Program-made: the position numbers and the translations under genes
Virus record (IMG/VR): IMGVR_UViG_3300005613_003484
Span: 2,540-66,539 of that record
Length of the DNA stretch: 64,000 nt
Source of the DNA: a virus
Direction: 5' to 3' (one strand)
Shown: piece by piece, positions 53,989 to 64,000 of the stretch
Numbering within the stretch: position 1 is the first letter of the stretch
How the letters are laid out: the number at the start of each line of letters is the position of its first letter
Notes under the pieces: model-generated
Databases searched by the model: none
The model's input: the letters and a program-made list of their open reading frames with translations, nothing else
Told to the model about the DNA's origin: nothing

Positions 53989-55410
53989 TTACATCAAGTT
54001 CTTAACAGAAACTCTTCTGTAGTAGCGGTTGGTGCCTGCCTTAATAGCACCGAAGGCAGTATCAGTACCTTCAGCGAAGGGATTAGCGACCATGCCGTAG
54101 CGGGTCTTAAATCCGATCTTGGGCTGGAAGGTGTTCTCTCCAACGGCACGTACCATCTGTAGAGGTACATAGGGGCAGTAGAAGAGACCAGCGTCATAAG
54201 GTGAAGAACCCTTATAACCAACAACGTAATACTGGAGTGCAGTGTTGTTAGCAGCGAAGGGGTCGATATAAACGCGATACTTACCGTTGATGGTTCCAGC
54301 AAAGGTGTTGCCAGTGTCGTCAACGTTAAGGTTAGCGTTGAGGGCAGGGGTGTAATCAAGTACACCAGCCATGGTGAGAGCAGAAGCAACATCAGCAGAA
54401 GTTAGGATGATGTTACCCTTTCCTCTACGAGTTCTCTGAGCGATCTGGTTAGCGTCTCTTTCAATTTGGAAGAGAAGACCCTTGAACTTCTCAACAGACC
54501 AACGACCGTTGGAGTCGATATCGAGGTCAAACTGACCAGCGGTAGCGGTGTTGAGTTGAGCACCAGACTCAGCAGACTTATAGATGGTTCTGATTACTTC
54601 GCGGTTGATCTCGGCAAGAATCTCAGTAGAGAGAATGTTGGCGAGTTCTGCTTCAGCGTTCAGACCATGAATAGCCTTGAGGTCTTGTGCTAGTTCTAGG
54701 GAGTACTCTGCCTTGAGTGCTCTGGACTTCGCAGTCACGGTGACTTTCTCGATGGAGAATGCCATCTGGTTGAAGTCAGTTCCGCTCTCGCCTAGGGCTT
54801 CAGAGTCGGTAACTGCCATACCCTGACCTACGCTGTAGGTGCTAGGAGCAGCATTAGGATCGAGAACACCAGGATTAGAACCACGCTGGAGGGTAGTACC
54901 GAAACCAACAGCACCGCCGCTGTCAGAACCACCAGTGTAGTCACCCTGAGTGGTGGCATAAGCAGAGTTCTGAGCAGAGAATGCAGAATCGGGCTCGTTG
55001 AATAGGGCCTCGGTTCCAGTCATGTTCTCATAGCGAGAACGCATTGCGAAGATAAGTCCAGTAGGACCGTTCATGGGTTGAACGCCAGCAAGGTCATAAG
55101 CGACCAAGTTGGGCATGGAGCGTCTGATTAGAGAAATCAGAACGGGGTCAAAACCACCAGTTGGAGTGCCGCTATCAGTTCCGCCAGAACCGCGATAGTA
55201 AGCACCACCACCAGTGGAGAAAGAGTTGGTGGGTTGCTCTTGGAGGTCAAAACCGCCATCAGCAAAGGCTTTTTCCTCTCTGAGGAAACGCTCTTGATTT
55301 TCTAGAAGTTGGGCAGTTACAGCTCTACGATGTGAATCTTTGATCGCATCGCAACCTTCATAATCTAGAAGGGGAGCCCACTTCTCTAGGAGTTGGGGAT
55401 TGTTGTACAT
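53989..55410 (-). CDS. gp23: major capsid protein (gp23)
   Basis: KWAPLL, LENQE, FDPVLISLIRR, GVQPM.GPTG, SRALKAEYS.ELAQDL, FQPKIGFKTRYG. Confidence 0.98.
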   Translation of the reverse strand: MYNNPQLLEKWAPLLDYEGCDAIKDSHRRAVTAQLLENQERFLREEKAFADGGFDLQEQPTNSFSTGGGAYYRGSGGTDSGTPTGGFDPVLISLIRRSMPNLVAYDLAGVQPMNGPTGLIFAMRSRYENMTGTEALFNEPDSAFSAQNSAYATTQGDYTGGSDSGGAVGFGTTLQRGSNPGVLDPNAAPSTYSVGQGMAVTDSEALGESGTDFNQMAFSIEKVTVTAKSRALKAEYSLELAQDLKAIHGLNAEAELANILSTEILAEINREVIRTIYKSAESGAQLNTATAGQFDLDIDSNGRWSVEKFKGLLFQIERDANQIAQRTRRGKGNIILTSADVASALTMAGVLDYTPALNANLNVDDTGNTFAGTINGKYRVYIDPFAANNTALQYYVVGYKGSSPYDAGLFYCPYVPLQMVRAVGENTFQPKIGFKTRYGMVANPFAEGTDTAFGAIKAGTNRYYRRVSVKNLM

Positions 55411-55473
55411 CTTTCTAGTGTTAGATTGCAGTTTAAGGGTTTCTTATCAAAAATATTTATAAAGAGGTTAACT

Positions 55474-56520
55474 TCACTTAATTCTTGAGAGGGTTTCAAG
55501 GTAACGGGTCATTGAACCAGAAACATCGGGTCCACTGCCTGTACCCTCAGAAAGAGTCTCAGGACTATCAGTTACGTTAGCACTGGGAAAATATGATTCT
55601 CTCAGTGTGGTTAACTTATCACGGTAAGATTCTTCACCCTCAAACTCAACACCTTCTGCAAGAGAAGCGAGTTTTTCCTTCTGAGTTAAAGCGAGTCCTT
55701 CAGAGACATCGCTAAAGATTGTTTCAGCCGTAGCTTCTCCAAGTCTTCTGTTCAGTTGGATATTTCTCTCGATTTGCTCGTTGAGCTTGGTCTCCATGTC
55801 ATCAAGTTTTTCTACCATATTCTCGACCACATCATATTTATCTTCAGGGATTGAAACATAATGATCTTCAAAAAGACTTCTCATTCCTTGGAGGAATGAT
55901 TCAGTCATCTCAGACTTCAGACCATGCTCGATCTGAAGTGCATTCTCTTCGATCCATTCTTGAGAAACATACTCAAGATATGAATCAACTCTTTCGGTCA
56001 TCTCTTCTTTGAGATTCTCTAGTTCTTCTGCTAGAGCAAGTGCATATTTCTCTGCGATTGCTTCCTTAGCTTCTTCGATTCTTACACGAACAGCAGCTTC
56101 AAAAACAGTTTTTGCCTTTTCTTGAAACTCTTCGGAAAGTTCTTCACCAGCAAAGAGAGCAGCAACGTCTTCATCAACGTTGACTTCTTCTTCTACTTCT
56201 TCTACTTCTTCTTCAGGTTCAACTTCAGAGATTACTTCCTCAGAGTCTTCTTCAACCTCCTCTCTACGCATTCCTTTCATAGTTTCTGCAGGTTTTGCTC
56301 CTCTGTTGACTACATCCTTAACTTGTGATAAGGATGCACCAGGATCTCTTAGTTTTGCTGAATCGTCGTCAGGTCTGTAGTTTTCAGGTGTGGGACCACC
56401 GAGGTCTTCAATCTGGGCATGGCCAGGAACATATGAATTTTTAGTGGAAGCATCCATACCTTCACCTGCCTTTGCGCCCTTAGACACGACGTTATCCATT
56501 TCTTGTAAATTGGCGGACAT
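55474..56520 (-). CDS. gp22: prohead core scaffold protein (gp22)
   Basis: LGGPTPEN, ELSEEF.EKAKT.FEAA, VDSYLEYV..EW. Confidence 0.93.
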   Translation of the reverse strand: MSANLQEMDNVVSKGAKAGEGMDASTKNSYVPGHAQIEDLGGPTPENYRPDDDSAKLRDPGASLSQVKDVVNRGAKPAETMKGMRREEVEEDSEEVISEVEPEEEVEEVEEEVNVDEDVAALFAGEELSEEFQEKAKTVFEAAVRVRIEEAKEAIAEKYALALAEELENLKEEMTERVDSYLEYVSQEWIEENALQIEHGLKSEMTESFLQGMRSLFEDHYVSIPEDKYDVVENMVEKLDDMETKLNEQIERNIQLNRRLGEATAETIFSDVSEGLALTQKEKLASLAEGVEFEGEESYRDKLTTLRESYFPSANVTDSPETLSEGTGSGPDVSGSMTRYLETLSRIK

Positions 56521-56571
56521 TTGAACTCTCCGAATCTAGATCTTAAGTGAAAATCTATACTTATTTATAAT

Positions 56572-57222
56572 TTATAGATTTGATAGGAAGTCTTTAAACA
56601 GATTTAATTTGTTTTCTTCCAGTCTTTTTTGATCAACAAGTGTGTTGATCTTCTTATAAGTTTTCTCCGCAAATCTTTCACGAAGAATTCCACCATCCCA
56701 AACCCATTCCTTACCTTCCATAATGCCATTCACAAAGGCATCAGGAGCAGAGGGATCAGCAACAATATCTGCAGCGGTGGCAAGAGAAAAGTCATCATTT
56801 ACCATGTTATATCCTTCTTTTGTTGGAGTTAAAGTTCCAACACCTCTTGAAGATACACCAAGTTTTACACCATCATTGAGAAGAGCTTCAGCAATCTTTC
56901 CCATTGGAGTGGAAAGAATTTTTGCTTTACCAATAAAGTTATTACCTTCTCTTTGAAGTGAAACAATCTTATGAGAAACTCTATCTAGATTAATTGTTGG
57001 ACCATCAGGATGTCCAAGTTCACCTAGAGCACGACCTTTCTTGATGAAATTCTCATTATATCTACTCACTTCTCTTTCAAGAACATTGCAACTATACATT
57101 CTTCTGTTTCTATTGGCGATGTTTCCCTGAAGGAAAACGCCCTCGATGTAAAGATGCTTCTTACCGTTGCGTTGTTCAACGATAATTTCTACTTGTTCGA
57201 TCTCTTCTCTGATGAGTTTCAT
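56572..57222 (-). CDS. gp21: prohead protease (gp21)
   Basis: ALGELGHP, GVSSRG, DIVADPSAPDA. Confidence 0.96.
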   Translation of the reverse strand: MKLIREEIEQVEIIVEQRNGKKHLYIEGVFLQGNIANRNRRMYSCNVLEREVSRYNENFIKKGRALGELGHPDGPTINLDRVSHKIVSLQREGNNFIGKAKILSTPMGKIAEALLNDGVKLGVSSRGVGTLTPTKEGYNMVNDDFSLATAADIVADPSAPDAFVNGIMEGKEWVWDGGILRERFAEKTYKKINTLVDQKRLEENKLNLFKDFLSNL

Positions 57223-57226
57223 TTCT

Positions 57227-57493
57227 TTAGTCTGTAAATCCTACTTTTGCACCTAAGACTGCTGCATTTGCTGCAAGAACCATATCACCGTGCTTTTTCT
57301 CAAGATATTCTGTTGCTCCAGCTGCCATTGTCATTGACCCAATTCCTTGATAATCGGAATCTAGTAAAGTGACAAGATGAGCACCAGTATCAGAGTTATG
57401 TAAACGAACTACAGTCGCCTGAGAAAAACTGGAAGCGGTTCCAACTGTTGTTGGTAGAGCAGATTCTGCTCCAAGAAGCAAAGTTCTTGCCAT
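57227..57493 (-). CDS. small virion-associated hypothetical protein
   Basis: Ala/Thr-rich, ATVVRL, ends KVGFTD; lies in the head operon. Confidence 0.7.
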   Translation of the reverse strand: MARTLLLGAESALPTTVGTASSFSQATVVRLHNSDTGAHLVTLLDSDYQGIGSMTMAAGATEYLEKKHGDMVLAANAAVLGAKVGFTD

Positions 57494-57678
57494 CACTCTT
57501 CCTCTTCAAACTCAGATTCAGTTTCATAATCCGCTTCACCACCAAATAGTGATGCTGCAGCTAAAGGACGTAATTCATCAATCTTATCAGCGGACTTTGA
57601 ATAAAGAACGTCTTTAATCGTATCACTTACTTGTGATGCTGATGAATCACTAAAAATCAAATCGACAATATCTTCCAT
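57493..57678 (-). CDS. prohead core protein (gp67-like)
   Basis: Small acidic ORF right after gp20; SQVSD.IKD.LY.K. Confidence 0.7.
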   Translation of the reverse strand: MEDIVDLIFSDSSASQVSDTIKDVLYSKSADKIDELRPLAAASLFGGEADYETESEFEEEE

Positions 57679-57712
57679 TGTAATGGTTGCAGTAAACTAA
57701 AAACTATTTATC

Positions 57713-59368
57713 CTATTGTGGCTCTTCACCTTTTGGTGCTTGAGTTGAGGTTTCATCAGGATTTGGATCCTTAGGAACATTGCCCATCATTCCACCGCCA
57801 CCAGATTGATCAATTGGATTTCCAAATTCATCAACTGGCATATTTGGATCAGGAAGTATTCCTTTCTTAATTTCATCTTCAATTTGTGCATCAATCTCAA
57901 GAATCTCTTCATCAGTTTGTTGAAGAACTTTTCGACGAAGATACTCAACAGAATAATACTTGCCAAGATATGGTTCAGCTAGTTGAGCAAGTCCAAGTCT
58001 TCCTTCTAGAAGTTCTTTTTCCTTCAATTCAGCAAAGTGATTATCATACATATAATCAAACTGAATATGCTCAACAAGAATATCCCAATCTTGTGGTGTA
58101 CAAATATTCTTCAATAGACACTGAGTTTTTAGCATATCCAAGAACATATTGCTGAAACGCTTTCTCAAACGTCCAACAAACTTAGAGAACTTAAGTTCAT
58201 CTCTTAGAATTTCAGAAGATCTTCCTAGATTGAATCCACCCTCAGCTGCAATTCTTGATTCTGGAACTCCTAGTGATCTGTATAATTTCTTCTGGAAATA
58301 CTGAACATCACTCAGTTCGCCAAGATTTTGTCCACCAGGAAGTGTGGAGATTTCAGTTCCTCTACCACCCTCACGTCTTGGTAGCCAGAAATCTTCTAGC
58401 ATAGACATATATTTCTTATCATCACGAACTTCTCCAGTAGAAGCATCGTAAACTAACTTATTACGATAGCGATTCATCACATCTTTGAGATATTGTTCCG
58501 CCTTAATTTTAGGTAGATTTCCAACATCAATATAGAAAATTCTACGCTCAGGAGCTCTGGACAATCTGTAGATGACTAGAGAATCCTCAATCATGCGAAG
58601 TTGATTGAGAGACTTAATTGCTTTATGAAGATATGATAGAACAACTCCTTTATTTCGATCTACCAGACCAGATGTGCAGTAGGTGATTGAATCTTTTGAG
58701 AATTTAATTCCCTTTGTTCCAGAATATCTATCGCCCATTCCACCAGCATAAGTTGGTCTGGGCATATACATGAAATACTCATTAATCTCTGGAAACTTTA
58801 CCGCTTCCTGATTTCCACGGGTATTTTTGAAGATATCGGCCCTTTCATCCTTCTTCTTTTCTTCACGAACATAACGCATTTTAAGAGCGTCAATATATCT
58901 CAGTTCCTGAATTCCCTCATGTGGATTCTTAATATCGATTACTTTATGATAATAAAGTCTACCATCAACATACCAATTCCTAAAGATTTCATGTGATTTT
59001 GAATCAAAGTTCAAAAGGTCTTTGATATTTTTAAACTCTTCCCTAATCTTCTTTTTAATTCCATCACTTGCTGGTAAATTATCAAGATTAATTGTAACGG
59101 GAGTATCGTTTAGATCACTTACAATCGCCTCATTTACAAGATCTTCAATGGCAGTATCACACTCAGGATGAAGTGCCATTTCACGATATCTTTTTACAAG
59201 TTCAAATTCAGATTTATATACACCTTCTAAGTCAAGATATTGACCATAGAAGTTACTTGCGATATAATGATCAACCCCGTCCTCATTATTTTGAGGAACG
59301 GGGGAGACCACGGTCTTGGGTTTATTATTATTTTCATCCTCAATAGAGAATCCAAAAAGTCTCGCCAT
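57713..59368 (-). CDS. gp20: portal protein (gp20)
   Basis: WYVDGR, RAPERRIFYIDVGNLP, EDFWLPRREGGRGTE. Confidence 0.97.
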   Translation of the reverse strand: MARLFGFSIEDENNNKPKTVVSPVPQNNEDGVDHYIASNFYGQYLDLEGVYKSEFELVKRYREMALHPECDTAIEDLVNEAIVSDLNDTPVTINLDNLPASDGIKKKIREEFKNIKDLLNFDSKSHEIFRNWYVDGRLYYHKVIDIKNPHEGIQELRYIDALKMRYVREEKKKDERADIFKNTRGNQEAVKFPEINEYFMYMPRPTYAGGMGDRYSGTKGIKFSKDSITYCTSGLVDRNKGVVLSYLHKAIKSLNQLRMIEDSLVIYRLSRAPERRIFYIDVGNLPKIKAEQYLKDVMNRYRNKLVYDASTGEVRDDKKYMSMLEDFWLPRREGGRGTEISTLPGGQNLGELSDVQYFQKKLYRSLGVPESRIAAEGGFNLGRSSEILRDELKFSKFVGRLRKRFSNMFLDMLKTQCLLKNICTPQDWDILVEHIQFDYMYDNHFAELKEKELLEGRLGLAQLAEPYLGKYYSVEYLRRKVLQQTDEEILEIDAQIEDEIKKGILPDPNMPVDEFGNPIDQSGGGGMMGNVPKDPNPDETSTQAPKGEEPQ

Positions 59369-59401
59369 GTTATAAAGAATCTACGTTAATGAACTTATTT
59401 A

Positions 59402-59977
59402 TCAGACAATATCACCGCCATTTCCTTGAGCTTCCCAATATTGAACTTGTAGTTCAACAGTAAACTCTTCAAGAACATCTGAAGAATCATAGGAAAGATC
59501 AATCTGTGAAATGTTAGTGGGGAATACATCAAAGAAACGATACTTTCTTAGAACTTCACCCTCTCTATTCAATTGATAAACATATGCCTCAGCCTGATAA
59601 TCAGCAGGATTAGTCGCTCCAGTTGCATTGGAAACGTTATTCATGCTGTTCATCCACTGCTCAAACGCACCTCTGAGTGCAAAGTCAACATCGTTGATGA
59701 TGGTGATTGTCCAAGTATCGAAAGTTCTGTCTCCAGCAATTTTGAGAAGACGACCACGGAAAGCAACATCAATTGGTGCGATGTTTGATGCAGGAAGTGC
59801 TGCAGTCTTGACAAGGAATCTTGCCTTTTCTAAGATTGTGTTTGAAACTGGGGATGATGTTGGGAAAGACAGGACAACTTCAAATAAGTTGGGTCTGGCA
59901 CCACCACCAGCTAACTTATTTTTGAAGTCAGAAATAGTCCTTAAGGTAGGGGGATTAACTTGATCTCTGGATGCCAT
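59402..59977 (-). CDS. gp19: tail tube protein (gp19)
   Basis: GGGARPNLFEV, GDRTF..WT.T..ND, EEFTV. Confidence 0.95.
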   Translation of the reverse strand: MASRDQVNPPTLRTISDFKNKLAGGGARPNLFEVVLSFPTSSPVSNTILEKARFLVKTAALPASNIAPIDVAFRGRLLKIAGDRTFDTWTITIINDVDFALRGAFEQWMNSMNNVSNATGATNPADYQAEAYVYQLNREGEVLRKYRFFDVFPTNISQIDLSYDSSDVLEEFTVELQVQYWEAQGNGGDIV

Positions 59978-59994
59978 TTGTTTTGACCTCTAAA

Positions 59995-62166
59995 TTAAAC
60001 GTTTCCGATGATTTCTTCAAAGGAAACACCTGTGCGAGTAGCGACAAAGGTGAGTCCAACAAAATTAATAGAGCGAGCGGGTTTCACAAAAATGTCAGCG
60101 ATAAATTCATTACGATCAATAACAGCAGCTGTGTTATTGGTTTCATCACAAACAACAACAAACTCTTGAATTCCTCTATTAGATTGAACTTCACGTAGGA
60201 AGGGTTCAACACTATTTACGAAATTACTTCTTGTAATCTCATCGTTGAACTCAAAGAGTTGATCTCTGGCAACAGCAGCAATTGCTTTTTCGATATAGAG
60301 GAATAGACGGCGAACGTTAATTCTGTCAAATGCAGATGCCTTTGCAAGACCTGTCTTATCTCCGAAGAGAACAATTCCAGATCCAGGAAGGAAAGTCACT
60401 GGGTTGATTCTATTTGAATAGAGACGATCTCTCTGAGTCTGACTAGGATTATAAGGAAGTTTGACAGCGTTTAGGATTGCACCTCTTGTAGTACCCGCAG
60501 GAGAGAACCAAGGGAAAGCGTTAATATCAGTTCTCGCACATGTTCCAGCAATGTCTCCATTGAGAGGAACATATCTAAACTTATCACTAAATCTGTCATA
60601 CATGTATTTGTAACCACTATCAAATACCGCAAAGGAACTTGAAGTGATTGGTGAGAAGAAACCGATTACATTATCTGTAATAGTTTCATCTTCTCTTACA
60701 ACAGATTCTGTTGAAGATTCATTGAAGATTGCAGATCTATAAGGTGAGAGGAATGCAATTGCATCCTTTCTTCTTTCAGCAATATCAATTGCCTTGAGAC
60801 CAATCGCTTGAGCTTGTTCCTTAGTATAATTTGCTGATCCCATGAGAATGAAATCAACATCATACTCATCTGGATTGTTTAGAACTTCAAATCCAGCATT
60901 TAGATTTGATACTGAAGCTTGTAGAGAAGTGGTAGTTGTTAGACCAGAAGTTCCATTGTAGTTTGTACCACCTGCAAGAGTTGCAGTGGTGTTACCATAA
61001 CCAGCAAAAGAAACTCCACTTGCGTTTTGATCCCAGGAAGTGTCAGTTACAAGAGTGAATCCGGCATCAGTATTAAGTTTGAAATCAATTGCAACTGCTC
61101 CTGCAGGTTGACCACCAGCAAAAATATATCCAGAACCACTTCTTACAAACTCTCTGTAATAAGAAACGGATCCGTTTTCAAAGATTGCATCCTTTGCTTT
61201 GGATAGATTTAGATGCTTTTCAAGAATAGTTCCAGGATTTCCTGTGATGTCACCATCATCATCAATAACAACGATATGAGTTTCATCGAATCTTGCATTT
61301 CTTGCCTCTGCATAAGCAGAAGTTCCTGGTTTGGGTGCAATCTGATTCCAGAAAATCTCAGAATTGGTTAATGTAATTTTTTGTGCATCAAACCAATCCG
61401 TGGGATTTCCGTCAGAAATTGTTGCGACACCAACACCTGAACTGTTATAAACTTCAATTTGTGTGGTAGCTGCACCAACAAATCTGTAAATTCCGTTTTC
61501 CTGATAATCAATCTGAGTTGTAACACCAGCAGCACTTACATGCTGAACAAGTTTAATATCGATGCTATTAGTTCCAACACCAGAAATGACACCCTTAAAG
61601 GAACCATCTAATACTGCAGTTGTTCCTGCACCTGCAATGATTGTTCCGGTTGGGACAGTTTGACTGACTCCCATTCCAACGGAGATTCCAGCAGTGCTGA
61701 TTCCGCTGAGTGTTTGGTCAGCATAACCATCGATGATTGCAACTTTAACACCATTTCCCCAAGTACCTGGGTTTCTGGTTACAAAAGTAATTCCAGAAAT
61801 TGTGTCATCATCATAACCAAGACTGTTATATTGATCTAAACTCTTAATCTTGGGTGCTGTTGTGGTTGATCCAAAGAATGCATTCTTAAGATCTGCGTTA
61901 TCAGCTCTTACAACTCTTAGTGATCCACCATAAGCAAGATATGAGGAAGCAACTAGCCAATGCTCAAAATGTCTATCAGCGTCATACGCTTTTCCAAAAT
62001 TAGCAAGTAAATCAGACTCATTTTCAACCAAAGTGGGAACTTCTACTGGTCCCTGAGCAAAGGGAGCAACAATAGCAGCAACTTTATCAGATGTGGGGTC
62101 AACTCTACCTAGAGTTAGATCAACTTCTCTTACTAAAACGCCAGGAGATGCTAAATTTAGCGGCAT
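59995..62166 (-). CDS. gp18: tail sheath protein (gp18)
   Basis: LASPGV..REVD, WFSPAG..RG, GDKT, FDRINVRRLF, KPARSINF. Confidence 0.96.
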   Translation of the reverse strand: MPLNLASPGVLVREVDLTLGRVDPTSDKVAAIVAPFAQGPVEVPTLVENESDLLANFGKAYDADRHFEHWLVASSYLAYGGSLRVVRADNADLKNAFFGSTTTAPKIKSLDQYNSLGYDDDTISGITFVTRNPGTWGNGVKVAIIDGYADQTLSGISTAGISVGMGVSQTVPTGTIIAGAGTTAVLDGSFKGVISGVGTNSIDIKLVQHVSAAGVTTQIDYQENGIYRFVGAATTQIEVYNSSGVGVATISDGNPTDWFDAQKITLTNSEIFWNQIAPKPGTSAYAEARNARFDETHIVVIDDDGDITGNPGTILEKHLNLSKAKDAIFENGSVSYYREFVRSGSGYIFAGGQPAGAVAIDFKLNTDAGFTLVTDTSWDQNASGVSFAGYGNTTATLAGGTNYNGTSGLTTTTSLQASVSNLNAGFEVLNNPDEYDVDFILMGSANYTKEQAQAIGLKAIDIAERRKDAIAFLSPYRSAIFNESSTESVVREDETITDNVIGFFSPITSSSFAVFDSGYKYMYDRFSDKFRYVPLNGDIAGTCARTDINAFPWFSPAGTTRGAILNAVKLPYNPSQTQRDRLYSNRINPVTFLPGSGIVLFGDKTGLAKASAFDRINVRRLFLYIEKAIAAVARDQLFEFNDEITRSNFVNSVEPFLREVQSNRGIQEFVVVCDETNNTAAVIDRNEFIADIFVKPARSINFVGLTFVATRTGVSFEEIIGNV

Positions 62167-62223
62167 CTTATCTCTCCTTTGAGGTCCAAATTATTCTAAA
62201 CTTATTTAGTATTTGACAAGTTT

Positions 62224-63873
62224 TTAACGATAATCCCACATATAACTCATATCTCCGTATTCATCGGTATACCACCTATCTCCGTTCTTATCAACATAAC
62301 TATCAGAATCACTTACACCATCCAAAATAAAACCAAATGGTGCCATATCTTGCTCGATTTGATTTTTTTGCTCTTCATAAATTCTTTTACGAACATCATT
62401 GTCCGTCATTTCTTTAAAATATTCCTGAGCAACTAACCAAGAAAAAATTACTAGACACATTGCAAGGTCATCATTACATCCTTCTTCAGCTTCAAATGAT
62501 TGACGTTTTTGAACAAATGTGGTAAGTTCAGAAATAATATCATAATCGTTTGTAACTAACTTATCGTCTTCTAACAATGTTTTCAAATTAGAACATCCCA
62601 ACTTTTTAACTGCAGATGTCATTCTGACACCAAGTTGAGATTTCTTACCAGAAAATCCAGAACCAACTACCTGACCGGCTCTACCTCTCATAGCACACAT
62701 AAGCATATTTTCATATTCAAGATCAAAATATAAAATAGATGAAACTTGATCTCCAATATCATTTACTTCAATCAAAACCCAAGCATCGTTATAACCATCT
62801 GCAACTTGTTTAATAATGCTTGGAAATAGCATTGGTTTTATTTCATTGTTGCGATATTTTGCAACAACCTTATATGGGAATGATGTAATATCAAAAACAA
62901 TAAATGCTGAATAGTCGTGCTCAATACCCCTCGCAACGTCCACAGTAATCATATAATTATGATCTTTAATCGGATTTTCATATATATCCAATCCTTTATT
63001 TCTTTTGATTGGATCCTCATATACTAAATTCCTGAGTTTAGTAACGTCAATTAGAGTATCAACAGATCCTAAAAACTCACACTCAAACTCCACCTTAAAC
63101 TGTTGCTCTGATGTGTTTGCAATAGTTTGAGCCTTCCACTTTGCATTTCTCCCAGGAACTTCTGACCAATGAACTGCAGTTGGAATATATTCGTTCTTCT
63201 TTCTCTCCGCATCATGCCACATGCGGTAGAAATGATTCATACCATGTGGTGTAGATACGATAATTACTTTAGTGTTTTTACCAGATGAAATGGTAGGGTA
63301 TACAGATGCAAAGAATTGATCCGCGATATGATTTGGAATGAACGCAAATTCGTCCAAAAAGATGATATTGTATGATCCACCACGAACTGCAGATGCAGAA
63401 GTAGAAGCAGCAATGATCTTGGAACCATTCTCTAGCTCTAAGGACTGTTTATTCCACGATACGATGCCTTGTTGCATCCACTTAGGTAAATTTTCATATG
63501 CAAGTTGCAACCGGCTTAGAAGGTCTTTTGCAGTGGAAGCCTTGTTTGCAAGAATTGCAATATTTACATTGTCATTAAATACTGCATAGTGAAGAAGATA
63601 TGATACTACAGTAGTACTCTTGCCCGTTTGGCGAGGCATCTTACAGATATTAAATCTGTTTTTGTGAAAGTTTTTTACAAGTTTCTCTTGAAACTTATAC
63701 ATCTTAAAAGGAACAAGACCTTCGTCAAGAGATACAATTTTGATATGACTCTTAGCAAAATGTACAGGATCTTCCTTACATTTTAAAAATTCTTGAATTT
63801 GTTCTGCGGTAAATTCAATGGGTGTATTAGCCTTTTTAAGGTTAGGATTGCCTAGATAAATGTTATCACTCAT
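62224..63873 (-). CDS. gp17: terminase large subunit (gp17)
   Basis: YLGNPNLK, PRQTGKST, LDEFAF, STPHG, DVARG, DDLAM. Confidence 0.97.
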   Translation of the reverse strand: MSDNIYLGNPNLKKANTPIEFTAEQIQEFLKCKEDPVHFAKSHIKIVSLDEGLVPFKMYKFQEKLVKNFHKNRFNICKMPRQTGKSTTVVSYLLHYAVFNDNVNIAILANKASTAKDLLSRLQLAYENLPKWMQQGIVSWNKQSLELENGSKIIAASTSASAVRGGSYNIIFLDEFAFIPNHIADQFFASVYPTISSGKNTKVIIVSTPHGMNHFYRMWHDAERKKNEYIPTAVHWSEVPGRNAKWKAQTIANTSEQQFKVEFECEFLGSVDTLIDVTKLRNLVYEDPIKRNKGLDIYENPIKDHNYMITVDVARGIEHDYSAFIVFDITSFPYKVVAKYRNNEIKPMLFPSIIKQVADGYNDAWVLIEVNDIGDQVSSILYFDLEYENMLMCAMRGRAGQVVGSGFSGKKSQLGVRMTSAVKKLGCSNLKTLLEDDKLVTNDYDIISELTTFVQKRQSFEAEEGCNDDLAMCLVIFSWLVAQEYFKEMTDNDVRKRIYEEQKNQIEQDMAPFGFILDGVSDSDSYVDKNGDRWYTDEYGDMSYMWDYR

Positions 63874-63878
63874 AAGAA

Positions 63879-64000
63879 TTACCTCTGTTCAATCCAGTTC
63901 AATACCGCAAGTGCTGCTTTGTTGGTATTAGGACTTGCACAAGCAAGAGTATAAGTATCACTGATTGTTCCAATACCACTTCTACCTAACTGCATCTGTG
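63879..64000 (-). CDS. C-terminal end of a probable structural protein (5' part beyond window)
   Basis: Open frame ...QMQLGRSGIGTISDTYTLACASPNTNKAALAVLNWIEQR* ending 5 nt before gp17. Confidence 0.55.
   Translation of the reverse strand, partial: QMQLGRSGIGTISDTYTLACASPNTNKAALAVLNWIEQR

Noticed and set aside
338-63589. The many plus-strand and nested minus-strand ORFs of 60-180 aa in the ORF track
   Set aside because: They overlap well-supported minus-strand genes or tRNAs, lack recognisable motifs and look like shadow frames.

Overview
64 kb segment of a T4-like cyanophage (cyanomyovirus, Kyanoviridae-like). Essentially every real gene is on the minus strand, so transcription runs from the right end of the window to the left. 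In that order it holds: (1) a head/tail morphogenesis block (gp17, gp18, gp19, gp20, gp67-like, gp21, gp22, gp23, gp3); (2) a recombination/replication block (uvsY, uvsW, gp55, gp47, gp46, vWA/peptidase plus CobS-like AAA ATPase, pebS, gp45, gp44, DruA-like ORF, gp62, regA, hsp20, gp43, uvsX, gp41, mazG); (3) late accessory genes, primase and nrdAB; (4) RlpA, three tRNAs and an SLH-domain porin; (5) a ~11.5 kb glycan island (gmd, fcl, ColD-like dehydratase, several glycosyltransferases); (6) two hli genes and a truncated C39 peptidase. Most unusual features: DNA polymerase gp43 is split into two genes by an HNH endonuclease with no intein or intron, and both new termini carry heptad-like helices. 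A small late ORF copies the predicted mature N-arm of the major capsid protein (22/28 identical aa). Several late proteins carry T4 capsid-targeting-like N-termini or look like polyproteins cut by the prohead protease. A kissing-loop structured RNA lies between two tRNAs. Terminators are repeatedly fused with the next promoter. All calls come from reading the sequence and recalled family motifs; no searches were run.
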